A DNA stretch of 64,000 nt from Octopus sinensis (lineage: Eukaryota), in NCBI RefSeq assembly GCF_006345805.1, contig NC_042997.1, positions 13,702,001 through 13,766,000 of the forward strand. The letters run 5' to 3'. A model generated the notes under the pieces. That model was not told the DNA's origin and ran no database searches. It saw nothing but the letters and a program-made list of their open reading frames with translations. This document shows positions 42,009 to 54,136 of this stretch, piece after piece. Made by a program: the position numbers and the translations under genes. Within the stretch, counting starts at the first letter, position 1. Every line of letters begins with the position of its first letter.

Positions 42009-42051
42009 CCACCTGAAGATTGTCGATCAGGACAAGAAACAATTGTAGTGG
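42009..42051 (+). ncRNA. Minimal type I hammerhead ribozyme (intact)
   Basis: ccac CTGAAGA ttgtc gatcag gacaa GAAA C aatt G TA gtgg. Palindromic CAATTG, GUA site (cut after 42047). Confidence 0.9.
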
Positions 42052-42136
42052 CGGTTTTTTTTACTTTTTATTAAAATTTTATGTATTGATTAAGTCTTTC
42101 CTTGTTTGTTTTGCAAAATAGTGGTTTTGTCTCTAA

Positions 42137-42182
<46 letters not shown>

Positions 42183-42205
42183 AATATACTATATATAACA
42201 CAATA

Positions 42206-42247
<42 letters not shown>

Positions 42248-42253
42248 ATATAT

Positions 42254-42302
42254 AAACACGCAAGGACGTGGAACAAATAAAGTATTATTGGACGCTCAGG
42301 AA

Positions 42303-42351
<49 letters not shown>

Positions 42352-42416
42352 CTTTTCAGCATTCAAGATTAGCCAAATCTAATCTTGAAACGTTGACGTA
42401 CTCAAACGATATATAT

Positions 42417-42482
<66 letters not shown>

Positions 42483-42552
42483 TTCCTGAGCGTCCAATAA
42501 TACTTTATTTGTCCACGTCCTTGCGTTGTTGTTTTTTGTTTTTGTTTCTTTG
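42254..42552. mobile_element. Inverted pair of PLE pseudo-LTR tails around (TA)n-hairpin-(TA)n
   Basis: Arms 42254-42310 and 42475-42530. 11-bp perfect hairpin at 42362-42389. Confidence 0.7.
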
Positions 42553-44514
42553 ATTGATTGATTGATTGATTGATTCTAGTTTCAGCTTATGAGCTGTGGC
42601 CATGCTGGGGCACCGCCATTTGGTGTTGCTACTTGGTTTCACTTCACGAAAGCTTTCTAGCAACTGCCATTTGGTGCATGAGAGAGTTCGATGCAACCTC
42701 CCTCATCTGCCCCTCCTGCCGTGAAGTTGGTTCATCTGGGACACCTGACAGGAAGAGATCCAGCTTCATTTTAAAGACATCTGCATCCACCCCATGCAGG
42801 TCTCTCAGGTTCTTCGGGAGGATATTGAAGAGCTGTGGGCCTCGGAAGCCCAGGCTATCACAGAATCTTGTCCTACATCTTGATGGCAAGTTTGGAGTCC
42901 TAGGCACCACGCAGTGGCGCCCAGTTCTGGCATTTGCGTAACTCTCGATGCCAAAGTTCAGGACACGTCCCTCCAGGATCTTCCAGTTGTATATTATGGC
43001 ATATCTTTCCCGCCTACGCTCCAGGGAATATAGTTTTAATCTCTTGAGTCTTTCCCAGTAGCTTACATTCTGCATAGAGGCTATCTTCTTCGTGTAGCTA
43101 CGTTGGATCGCCTCGAGCTCTGTGATCAACTTGACACTGGATGGTGACCATAACTGAGAGCAGTAGTCAAAGTGGCTTAGGACAAGTGTCCCCCAGAGAA
43201 CCATCATGGTTTCTTGTTCTCTTGTTCTAAAGGTTCTGAGGATCCATCCGGCCAGTCGTCTACATTTCATTGCCAATTTAGCAACATGTACACGAAAGGT
43301 CGCGTCATCACTCATGTAAATACCTAGGTCACGCACTGATTGTGCCTCTGGGATTGCTATTCCTCCGGGTCCAGTGTATTCATTGGGTATTGCATTTAGT
43401 TTTGCATGCTGATAGTATAGAGCTTGAAACTTTTCAGCATTGAACTGCATGCTATTCTTTTCGGCCACTTGTATATTTTGTCCAGCTCACATTGCAGGTG
43501 TTTAGTGTCCTCAGGGTTCTGTATTGCCTGTGAAACTTTTGTATCATCTGCATAACTTGTGATCGTGGCTCTCTGCGTGGCTGAGGGCATGTCTGAGAGG
43601 GCCATTATGAACAGTAGTGGTCCCAGAACAGTGCCCTGCGGACACCGCTCACTATTTGCGTGTTAATGGAAGTGGCCCCATGGGCTACTACCACCTGACT
43701 TCTATCTTTCAGAAAGTCATGAAGCCATTCTCCCAGTTTTCCAACTATGTTGAGATCACGCAGTTTGTGACATATCATTCCATGATCGACTTTATCAAAG
43801 GCCTTTGCAAAGTCGAGATATATCACTTCCACATTTGAGTGGTTGAGCAGCCGTTTCAGCACCCAGTCATAGTGTTGTAGGAGCTGAGTTAAACAGCTTC
43901 TCCCTGGTCGGAAACCATGTTGGGTGTCGGGCAGCAAGTCATTCTCTTCAAGGAAGGTGATCAGCTTCCTTCTGACTATTCGTTCCATGACCTTGCTGAT
44001 GTGTGAGGTCAGAGAGATAGGTCTATAGTTCTTGGCTTCCGCTCTGCTACCTCCTTTATGAATGGGGCATATTTTACCTTCCTTCAGTTTTCTTGGAAGT
44101 TTGCCAGCTGCAAGGAAGCTCTGAAAGAGTAACTGCAGTGGTCTTGCTAGGACTCTCTTACATGCTTTTAGGAGGATTGCCGGGAATCCATCGGGGCCAG
44201 TAGCTGAGTCTGTTTTCATTTCATCTATAGCCTTGATTACATCGTCTTCCTTTATATCGATGTAATCTATCGTCGCCGCCTCTGATTTTATATCTGCAGT
44301 GGTAAAAAAGTCAGTTGGATTGGTGATTTGGAGATGCCCAAGGGGTGGAGTGAAAACACTCTTGAATTGCTCATTCAGTATTTCACTTACCCTCATTGGT
44401 TTTCCTGTAAGTGTGCCATCCTTTTCGAGGAGTGGCCCTATTCTACAGTGCACCGTAGCTGTTTCTTTGGCATACCTGTAGAAAGCTCTGGGGTTAGATT
44501 TTATGTTGTCTATG
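42553..44514 (-). mobile_element. Young 5'-truncated CR1/L2-group LINE (RT domain and C-terminus) with (ATCA)n tail
   Basis: NYRPISLTS, QHGFRPGRSCLTQLL, YLDFAKAFDKVDH, SGV(P)QGTVLGPLLF, YADD, RDLGIYM, LYSLERRRER. Only two 1-bp frameshifts (about 43640 and 43467). 7-bp TSD TTCTTTG (42546-42552 / 44515-44521). Confidence 0.95.
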
Positions 44515-44540
44515 TTCTTTGTTTGGATTAACTTTATATA

Positions 44541-44573
<33 letters not shown>

Positions 44574-44574
44574 T

Positions 44575-44576
44575 AC

Positions 44577-44673
<97 letters not shown>

Positions 44674-44680
44674 TAGATAT
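44575..44680. repeat. (AGAT)n microsatellite
   Basis: Directly visible. Confidence 0.95.
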
Positions 44681-44753
44681 TTAGATATAGATATATATGT
44701 ATGTATGTATATATATGTATATATATGTTTCTCTCCTTGTTTTTTTCTGTATA

Positions 44754-44791
44754 TCTTTCTGTCGAAGAGCGTAGGTTTGAAACGTAAAAGA
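44754..44791 (+). ncRNA. Ultra-minimal hammerhead-like motif (CUGUCGA core, no loop III) in a PLE pseudo-LTR (44727-44858)
   Basis: tcttt CTGTCGA a gagc gtag gttt GAAA CG TA aaaga. 5-bp stem I. Confidence 0.65.
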
Positions 44792-44859
44792 CTTTTTCTA
44801 TTCCTGAGCGCTATACTAATACATTTGTTTGTTTGTACTTCACCTGCCTTCGTCTTTTG

Positions 44860-45105
44860 AGCAGGTGTCTTCTACTATTGCCTCAGGTCGATCAAAGCTT
44901 TGTGAATGGATTTGGTAGACGGAAACTGAAAGGGGATAGTCGTATATGTGTACATGTGTGTGTCTGTGTGTCCGTCTGTGTTTCTTCACCCACCATCGCT
45001 TGACAACCGATGCTGAAGTGTTTATGTTCCTGTAACTTAGGGGTTCGGCAAAAGTGACCTATTGAATAAGTAATAAGATTACAAAATGTAAGTCCTGAGA
45101 GTGAG
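44860..45105 (+). mobile_element. SINE family B, diverged internal fragment
   Basis: Matches the body of the full copies. Confidence 0.75.
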
Positions 45106-45149
45106 AGAGATGCAATTATACGGATAAACAAATTAGATGTACTAAATAT

Positions 45150-48100
45150 AGTAGTTTGGGCATGAAATACAAAAAATGTATATTCGTATACAAGCTAATC
45201 GAAAGAAAGCAAAAGGCGGAGACCTTCAGATGATGAATATTTAAGCAAGTGTATATAGATATTTATATTAATAGATCCAACTGACCGAGATTACAAATGC
45301 GTGGTAAAAGATGTAATAAGTCCAATGGCTGTTTCTGGGGGTTCAGAAACAGTTGGTAGATGTTGGTAGATACAGTTCATCACAATATGGATGTGGTCAA
45401 CATTGGAAAGACGAGCTTCTGTCATCTGGGTAGAGAAGATCTTACATTTCAGAGAACCTCAAAGATGGAATGATTAAATATGGAGAGTTAACTGTATTAG
45501 AGAAGTGAAGTAGGAGGTTTAGTGCGGTCATAGGGGTGGTTTAAGACAGAGAATGGTGAGAAGAGATAAGAGAGATACTTCAGGAAGTAGGAATGGGTAA
45601 ATAACAATGCTATTAAGGGAGGTGATCCTCTAGGTGAAAAGATGGGAAATGAATGGGAGGGGTAGGATAGATAGTAATTGAAAGGTGGTCAATTGTGTTG
45701 GGTTTATGTATAGGTATCAAAGTTTAGAAGTAGTAGCTATAGCATTATTGGAATTTGAGACAGTGAAGAAAATTAGTGGTAATTATTTGAGGGAGGGAAA
45801 GTATCTAATTCAGTGATAGAGGGAGATTACTAAGGTATGTAGAAAAGTATAAGAGAAGATAGTAGTAGTTAGTCCAATACTGAATGTGGTTTGGTATAGG
45901 AGTGAGAGTACTGAGATATGCAGAGGTGTATGAAATTGAATAGAGGGAGGGGAATAGAGACGGAGCGAGAGGTTGATGGGTTAGTATCTAATTGAGTGGG
46001 GACGTTTTAAGTGTTTCTGGCTGATGAGGAAGTGAGACAATAGTGATAGGATACCACGTGAGGATGAAGAGGGTGTGAGGAGGGAGGGATGGGATGGATA
46101 AGAGGAATTTGCAATGCTAATCATGAGAGTAATCTCATAAGATGTTAGCATTAGAGGAGGGGGTAATTTGCTAGGCTTATACTCCGTGGTTAATTATGAT
46201 TAAGGATAATTATAGTAATGAGATTACATAGATTTAATAAAATGGGCAAATGATGAGTAGAACCTATGTATAAAATAGAGTATTACATCTGAGAATCTAT
46301 CAATTAATGAGGGGTTGCGAAGGATGGTTAGCAATTCCCTTACACACAATTTACAAATACAGATGTTTGCGTTGTATCGGGGTGCCTCGCTTACGATGGA
46401 CCAGGATAGTGTATAGAGAACATTTTGGGATTTGAGGGTGTGTATGTAAGTTTCTAAGGGGATAGATAAGTTAGAATTTGGATTACAGATATATTCATGT
46501 GTGCTCGATAGCGTCGCTTGAAATTAACATTATACCACTGATATAGACCTTTGCTTTGAGGGAGCGTAGCACATGTAGAGTATGTGTCTACATGTAGTCT
46601 ACACGGTACATGTAGACTATAAGTTACCCAACAATTGCAAGTTTTCCTACCTGCTCTTTGGTTGGAGTTTACCACTGAGAAGGTCAAGTTTCAATAGTCC
46701 GTTTTTAGTAAAGAAGAACTGGAGATATCATCGGTATAAGTTTTGAATTAGGAGGAGGTATGATCATTAGTATATGTGGTCATATAGGTAGTATTGTATG
46801 GAAGATGCCTTCGATCTGTTATTATTTAGTCGAGTGGATTATTGCCACTAGATGGGTGACAGCAATGTTCAGCCGGACAAATTGTAGTTTTTGTCTGTTA
46901 GAGGAAGCAATTATAGATCCCAAATTAGGTGTGGTAGATAGAAGAGTTTAACAGATGATCTATTAAAAGTAAGGTAGAATTTATGCTGTGGTTGGAAGTT
47001 AGATTTTAGGATTTTAAAGAAAATTTTGGGTAGAGATTTAACTTAAAGTGAGTAAGGTGATGTGAACCATTTGATCTCTCATTTCCTGCCCTTAGAATGT
47101 TTAGAGCGTGTGGATAGAGTGAGTCTAGATAGAGAGGATTATAGTTATTATAGGTTCGAGGTGGCTCGTGGGGCTGTCGAGTGCGATGCATAGTTTTTTT
47201 TATGAGCTGATGGATTGTCGTTGAGTGGAAGAAAGATCAGTGGGGGTTCGGGGTTAGTATTAGGCAAGAGATGAGCAAATTTTGTTTTACGCATAGTATT
47301 GGGGATATATGAGATCTTTTCGCGGCAGCCACTTATCTTTAGAACCTGGTTATGATACTGGGCATGATTGATAAAAATTTCTTTATTGGAGATTCTGATA
47401 CAAATGCCTGTGACTACATGATTAAGGGTAAGTTTAAAGTAATTTGATAGGACGTTTATGTATTGTAGAGATTGACTGCGATTTTTGAAATGGGGATATA
47501 TATTTGTATTTAAGTCCAGAGATTATGTAGGGCTTTATTGATGCGTTCCACAGAAGGTCGAGATAATTCAAAGGGTTTAAGGAGTGCATCATCACTCCAA
47601 TGTCCTCCGGAGAGATTTAGAGGAGTATTGTTTAATTGGGAAAAGAAGGCATAGGTTAAGTCAAATAAGCTGAGTCAGAGGAGACCATGGTTATATCGAA
47701 GAAATCGGTAGATGCGTTGCAGGTCTAGTAATTATCTTTGAAGTGGATTAGAGATTTCCTAGCGGCCAGGATGATATCAATGTCAGATCGTGATATAGGT
47801 TCGTAGTTTCGAGCGAGATTAAGGCTTTATTGAAGAGAATTGGTGATATGGAACAACTGTAATTGGAGGTGTCAAACTGGAGGAAATGGGTGTGCTGTTT
47901 TTCAGAAAGATGATAACGTCACCAGTGCAATTCCAAAGCGGAAGCTTAACCTTAGTCTTAACTAGCGGTAGAATTCTGTTGATAATGCACTTACTAATTC
48001 GACCCAAGTCAGATTTAGTGTAGTAAATCATTGTTATAGAAGGTTTGGCACCTACTTGTATTTCAAAATCTCTTGAAATGATTAATTCAAGCATGCATTC

Positions 48101-48170
48101 ACGTTTTTCTTCGCATGATGTAATAATTCTATTCATTAATAAAAACTTGTCTGAAACAGTTATAGTGAGC
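45150..48170 (-). mobile_element. Decayed Penelope-like element (RT plus C-terminal GIY-YIG) with about 1.1-kb biased 3' UTR and HHR relic (about 45318-45352)
   Basis: TKSDLGRISKCIINRI, LQFDTSNY..ISP.LFNKA, LNLARNY..IS..DIDIILAARKSL...FFDITM.S.DSA (cf. FDVTMGSYDGAE), PPNSKL, KTCNC, FKRRYRAH, LETYIHTLKSQN..Y.LSWSIV.EAP.YN....CKLC.RELL.IL. Confidence 0.88.
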
Positions 48171-51039
48171 GAACCAAAATCCGTCTGTTGTTACTTGTTT
48201 ATATATATATATATATATACATAGACAGAGAAGACAAAGATAGGTAAATAGATAGACAGAAAGGTAAACACAGGCATACACACACATAACAATGAGATAT
48301 ATACATGTATGTGTATATATATATGTATGTATGTATATGTATCATTGTTCAGTTTTATTTCAAGATTTCTAGCCAATGGAGAAAGAACCGCTTTCTAACT
48401 TATATCCAATGCTCTTTCATTGCAATTTCAACATCACCAACAAAGAAATTTTGTTTGCATGTATGCATACGTGCAGATTTGTATGTTTTGTTTTATGTAT
48501 GTCTTCTCATGCACATACTTGCATATCTAGACATATTCATATATATTTAAATGATAAACTTCTGGAAAGCTTTACAGGTTTTACAGTTCCACTGATGGTT
48601 TGGATCTGTACTCTTCGAATCAGCTTTTTCATTTCTGGTTTTGAGAAGCCTAATTCTCAAGACTGGTATTTAAGCAGTGTGATGTATGTATGTATGTATG
48701 TATGTATGTATGTATGTATGTATGTATGTATGTCAGGTCACTTTTGAGTGCTACTGGTAACATGTAACCCAGTACAACCTGTTGCATGGTCGGGCCATCG
48801 GCGGCTAAACCATTGGGAGTGAAGGACTCCTAGCCTTTGTTAGGGCATCCTTCTAGAAGAAGGTAACTCAGGTAACTGGGATAAATCCGACATAAAACCT
48901 GTGCTCAGTAGTTACCGATGATGTTCACTTGTTCTTCTTTTCGGATTATGGCTACTGTTGCTTAATGAGTGTGATTGACTCAGTGCACTGCATTTCCTCA
49001 CTTAAGAAAAAGTCTTCTTGCACAGGCATTGCACGATAACAACATTGTTCATGATTGTTGATGATGCTGTGAGTCTCAACTGAATGGCTGGCTGTAGCCT
49101 TAAAAAGTAAATAAAAGTCACATTCGATCACAGCACCAATAACAGTTAAGCTTCGTGCAATGACCATACTCGATAACGAGTGATCAGCCATCATGTATGT
49201 ATGTATGTATGTATGTATGTAGTATGTATGTATGTATGTTGTATGTATGTATGTATGTATGTATGTATGTATTTATGTATGTATGAAAATCCATGCACGA
49301 TGTACTAGGAACATTTTCTATTAGTTCTTTCACCAAGTTAGTAGCCAAACTTAACTGTTCATTTTTATTCTTATTCAATCTACGTACATTTCGACCACCT
49401 ACCATGTTAATACCTACTGAGAATCGTAATTACAACGAAATAACACTTCCACGTGTATAACACTCATATACTTCCTCCCCTAACACTTATCATATTACAT
49501 TTTTCTAACAATAACATAGATTATGGTCGTTTTCCCTATTGTGACATGAAACTTTGCGTCGGGGCATTCTCTGAAAAACATTACTATCAGCTATCTATAG
49601 TTAAGCATTATTCAGTCGCTATCATTTATCAGATAATACAGAAATATTCCCTACGGTCGCCTGCTTTAACATATCACCTGCGTTCGGCTATTTTTTTACG
49701 AAAAATAAATGCCTCTTACGATAAAGTACTAAAGTTTTCAATACGAAAAATATGGAGAAAATACGTCGCTTCTGGTCCACGATTTTTTAACTCCAATTAG
49801 AATTACAGTTTTCTACTTTTAGAAAACGGGAACTGTATTGCTAAAAATATTACATTGCTCTTAAGAGAATTTGTAGATATTTAATGAAATTTACTGCCTA
49901 ATATATTTATTAAGTTTTTGTTTCCTGAAACTTCCCAATATCCTTTAAAACGTTAATGGCTATGTCAGGGCAAACATAAGAAAATAAAAGTTTCGTACGT
50001 GACTACCCTGTCAATAAATAACTAAAATCTTTAGACGTTACTCACAAGCGAGTATGGCATCGTAACTTTTACCACACTTACCCTAATTATTTTAGATTCC
50101 TAAATAACTGCAAGCAGTCATAACCAGTGCGACATAAAGAATATGACAAGTGGCAGCAGAGAGCTACGCATTTGGCATTCAGCTCGGTTGATTGTCAATA
50201 GACATGCTAGAAACAAATTAGAGTACCCCAAATATTGTATGGCAACATAAACTTCTTATTCTAAACCTGTAGAAAGTACCAAGTTGAATATTTACTACAT
50301 TGACAGGTCACACACCTTACTTTATGTATTATAAAATAGCAAATATCCAACCTTATAAACAAAAAAAAAGTCTTGATTAGATACAAGAAAAGCTTTAACC
50401 AACATAAATCAGGAGCTGCATATAACGTACTTGTTTACTCCGTTGGTTTTATTCCTGATTGAAATATAAGCAGTAAAAACTTCACTATCAAATCAAAATT
50501 ACAACTTCGCTACACATTTTTTTAATACACATTCCACAAAATATTTTCTTTCAATCTTTCTTTATTTTTCTCCTTCTATATAACTACACACCTGCTCGTA
50601 ACTTAGCGGTTCGGCAAAAGTGTTATAGAATAAGTACCAGACTTTAAAAGTAAGCACTGGCGTCAATACATTCGGCTAAAAATTATTCAAGGCAATACCC
50701 CAGCATGGCTTCAGTATAATGACTGAAACAAATAAAAGATATATATATATATATAAATAACTAAAAATAAGGGTGTCTGAGAGGTACCACCATGTCGAAA
50801 TAGCAGTCAAATCCCTGACTCTAAAAACCACGTTAAATGTTCATATCGCACCATGAGATAAGACAGAGAGATAAAATAGACTAGCAAAAGATATTACTGA
50901 ATAATTCAAGATCCTGGATTTCTAGCTTTGCTTTAAACAAGCTTTGCCGTCATCGGTTGGATATATCAATGCACATAAATACAAATATATATATGCAGAG
51001 GCCATGCATATTAAATATCGATATTATCCTTATTTATAA

Positions 51040-51106
<67 letters not shown>

Positions 51107-52713
51107 ATATTATATAATATAATAAAATATATATTATATTGTATTACACTATATAATATTATACTATTATATCATATAGATTTATACATATAAATGAGTG
51201 ACTCTATACGTGTAATATGTATTAACCTCTGTGCTTATACGTGTTTCACTTATATTTCCAAGATACAAGAATAATACAGATTAAACTAAATAGTTAACAA
51301 TCGATTTAAAGCATGCACACATGTTTGGAAAATAATTATGTGTGTAACCAAACAGACTATTTGCTATATTTTATGTCTCCCAGCCAACGAAACTATGTCC
51401 TCTTTTGGACTCAGACTTATTGACAAAATTTATGTTGAATCATTGCATATAGAGGTGAAATTATTAAAGTATTTGTGAAAAGGATGAAAAAATTATGAAG
51501 AATATATTTTATCGTGATCTTTTCTTCCAGGAATTTTAATGTTCAGTTCAACTGTTATTGATTCATTTAACCATATGCATTACAAATTTATGGCTTTCAG
51601 GCATGGGGGAGAATTTGCGTGATATTTTCCGCGCACCGTTCGCCATTCGCCATTCACCAACAAATAAGCTGTTATTGATGTGACAAAACAGTTTTTCCCC
51701 ACTGAAAATTGAAAAGATTTTTTAAAATTTTAACTTAGTTTAATACCTGCTCGACAAATGTTGAAAATACAGGAAGTATTTCTTCCGCGTCTGAATGGAT
51801 TTATGACTCAATGTAATCCGTAAACATAAGCTAAATGTTATACCGTCCTCAGCAGGATGTAGTTTCGCTGTGAGAGTGTCCGTTTCGTATCTTACTTTAC
51901 TAATTATCTGTGTTCCCTAAAATTGTCTCCCTACAGGCATTGTTATTTCTATTGTTAATATTATGTTTCATATTTAGCTGCAGTGATGTAAAACAGTTTG
52001 AGAGAGACAAGCTAGATTTTTTTTGTTCTTTGTTGTTTTTCTTACATTAATATAATGTTGATGGTTCACTGTTTCTGATTTCAAATCTCAATAGCATCAA
52101 CCATAGGCGTTTTTTCGTAGTATTTTCCCGTGTTGATGTTTGATCCCAGTAGGGTAGCAAGCTAGTAGAAGTGTTACTACATCGGAAAAAATGCTTAGCG
52201 GCATTTCTTCCGACTTTAGGTTTTTAGTTCAAATTCAACCTTGATCGACTCTGCTTTAACCATTTCGGGGTCGATAAAATAAGTACCAGTTGAGTAATCG
52301 ACTTGCACCCCACGTACATTTGCCGAAGTCGCGTTTGCCTTTTATCCTTTTGGGGACGATAAAATAAGAAAACTGGTTTCGATATAATCGACTAACTACT
52401 GCCTCGAAATTGTTCGTTTTGTACCAAGACTTTGAAAGACGGTGAGCTGGCGGAATCAGTAGCACGTTGGACAAAATGCTTAGCGACATCTTGTCCGACT
52501 TTGTGTTCTGATTTCAAATTACGCCAGGGTTGAGTTTGCCTTTTACCGTTAAGCACTGGGGGTAATGCAATCGATTTACCTTAAACCCGAAATTGGTAGC
52601 CTTGTGACAAAATTTGAAACCAAGATTTGATCATGGCGCAACAACGATCACATAATTTACGAGAATCCTTCCAAGAGGCCATTATTTCATATACTATTGA
52701 ATTATATATAACT

Positions 52714-52744
<31 letters not shown>

Positions 52745-52984
52745 CAGTTATATTTGCGAAATAATTGAGTGAAATGTTAAATCTGTACAAAAATTGAATT
52801 AATTATATAAGTTTAACTAATTTGAGTGTATATATTTGAACCACTTTCTTATTTTTTTAATTCTTGTGGTTATAGTTTGTAGTAGTATTATTTATATGTT
52901 AGCTTGAAGTTATTTTACAATTTATTACATAATTAGAATAAGATTAAACTTAGGTGTTTATTAAATAAACACATAAACAAATAA

Positions 52985-53552
52985 TTAAGTTTAAAGACAC
53001 TTTATAACTTAATTGAATTAAAATACAAAACTGGAAAAAGTTTTGGAAGTGAAATGAATACGTACAGCTTAATTATTTTTAAGTTTAATTCTACATACTT
53101 GCCTGTGTCAGACGAGAGAGTGTTGGAGCAGATATTTCTTAAGTTGGATGCACTTTCTGTTTCCAATCCCACTACTAGTAAACCTAGGTTATTTTCCAGT
53201 AATGATATACTATAGATTGTTCTTTTCTTCTAAAAGCTAAAATATATGTTTAGAGATAAAATAAATATTTCTATCTATTTATTCTACTTTTATTTACACC
53301 AAGTTTTTAACGAGATAAATTTATTATAAACACTAAGTCCTACGTATTAAGTTTAAAGACACTTTATAACTTAATTGAATTAAAATACAAAACTGGAAAA
53401 AGTTTTGGAAGTGAAATGAATACGTACAGCTTAATTATTTTTAAGTTTAATTCTACATACTTGCCTGTGTCAGACGAGAGAGTGTTGGAGCAGATATTTC
53501 TTAAGTTGGATGCACTTTTTGTTTCCAATCCCACTACTAGTAAACCTAGGTT
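52985..53552 (+). repeat. About 205-bp direct duplication, period 362 bp
   Basis: 52985-53190 vs 53347-53552; one substitution seen. Confidence 0.92.
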
Positions 53553-53769
53553 TACAGTTAATAAAACACACGAGTATTCGAAGCAAATACAACGTCTCAC
53601 ACACACACACATGATAGATAAATATATAGATATATATATAGATAGATAGATAGAGAGAGAGAGAGACTGAGAGAGTGTGAATGAGTGAGAGGCTATAATA
53701 AAAATTTTGTCGTTCTTTTCCCAAAAATCCGCGTATTTTTAACTAAGTAAATGATAATCTTTTCTATTC

Positions 53770-54136
53770 TAGGGGGGAGTGGGCCAGTCGATTAGATCGA
53801 CCCCAGTACGCAACTGATACTTAATTTATCGAGCCGAAAGGATGAAAAGCAAGGTCGAACTCGGCGGAATTTGAACTCAGAATGTAGCGACATACGAAAT
53901 ACCTATTTATTTATTACCCACAAGGGGCTAAACACAGAGGGGACAAACAAGGACAGACATAGGTATTAAGTCGATTACATCGACCCCAGTGCGTAACTGG
54001 TACTTAATTTATCGACCCCGAAAGGATGAAAGGCAAAGTCGACCTCGGCGGAATTTGAACTCAGAACGTAGCGGCAGACGAAATACCGCAAAGCATTTCG
54101 CCCGGCGTGCTAACGTTTCTGCCAGCTCGCCGCCTT
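53770..54136 (-). mobile_element. Tandem SINE family A copies (old partial 53770-53900, young full 53902-54136)
   Basis: The young copy is nearly identical to 6685-6918. Confidence 0.88.

Larger units (their letters stand above)
40089..42141 (-). mobile_element. ORF-less PLE-derived element with 3' pseudo-LTR and inverted 5' pseudo-LTR, each carrying an intact hammerhead
   Basis: About 420-bp inverted arms (approx. 40189-40605 / 41715-42141), nearly identical. Body homologous to 1-1300. Both ends meet (TA)n. Confidence 0.85.

Noticed and set aside
45981-46060. CTGATGA core-like heptamer (also at 18455 and on the minus strand at 51847)
   Set aside because: Not followed by a hairpin plus GAAA and NUH.
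46715-46790. Apparent YTDD LINE RT motif on the minus strand
   Set aside because: The surrounding frames match the PLE linker (PPNSKL) between thumb and GIY-YIG. The RT motifs of this element lie near 47.6-48.1 kb, so YTDD is coincidental.
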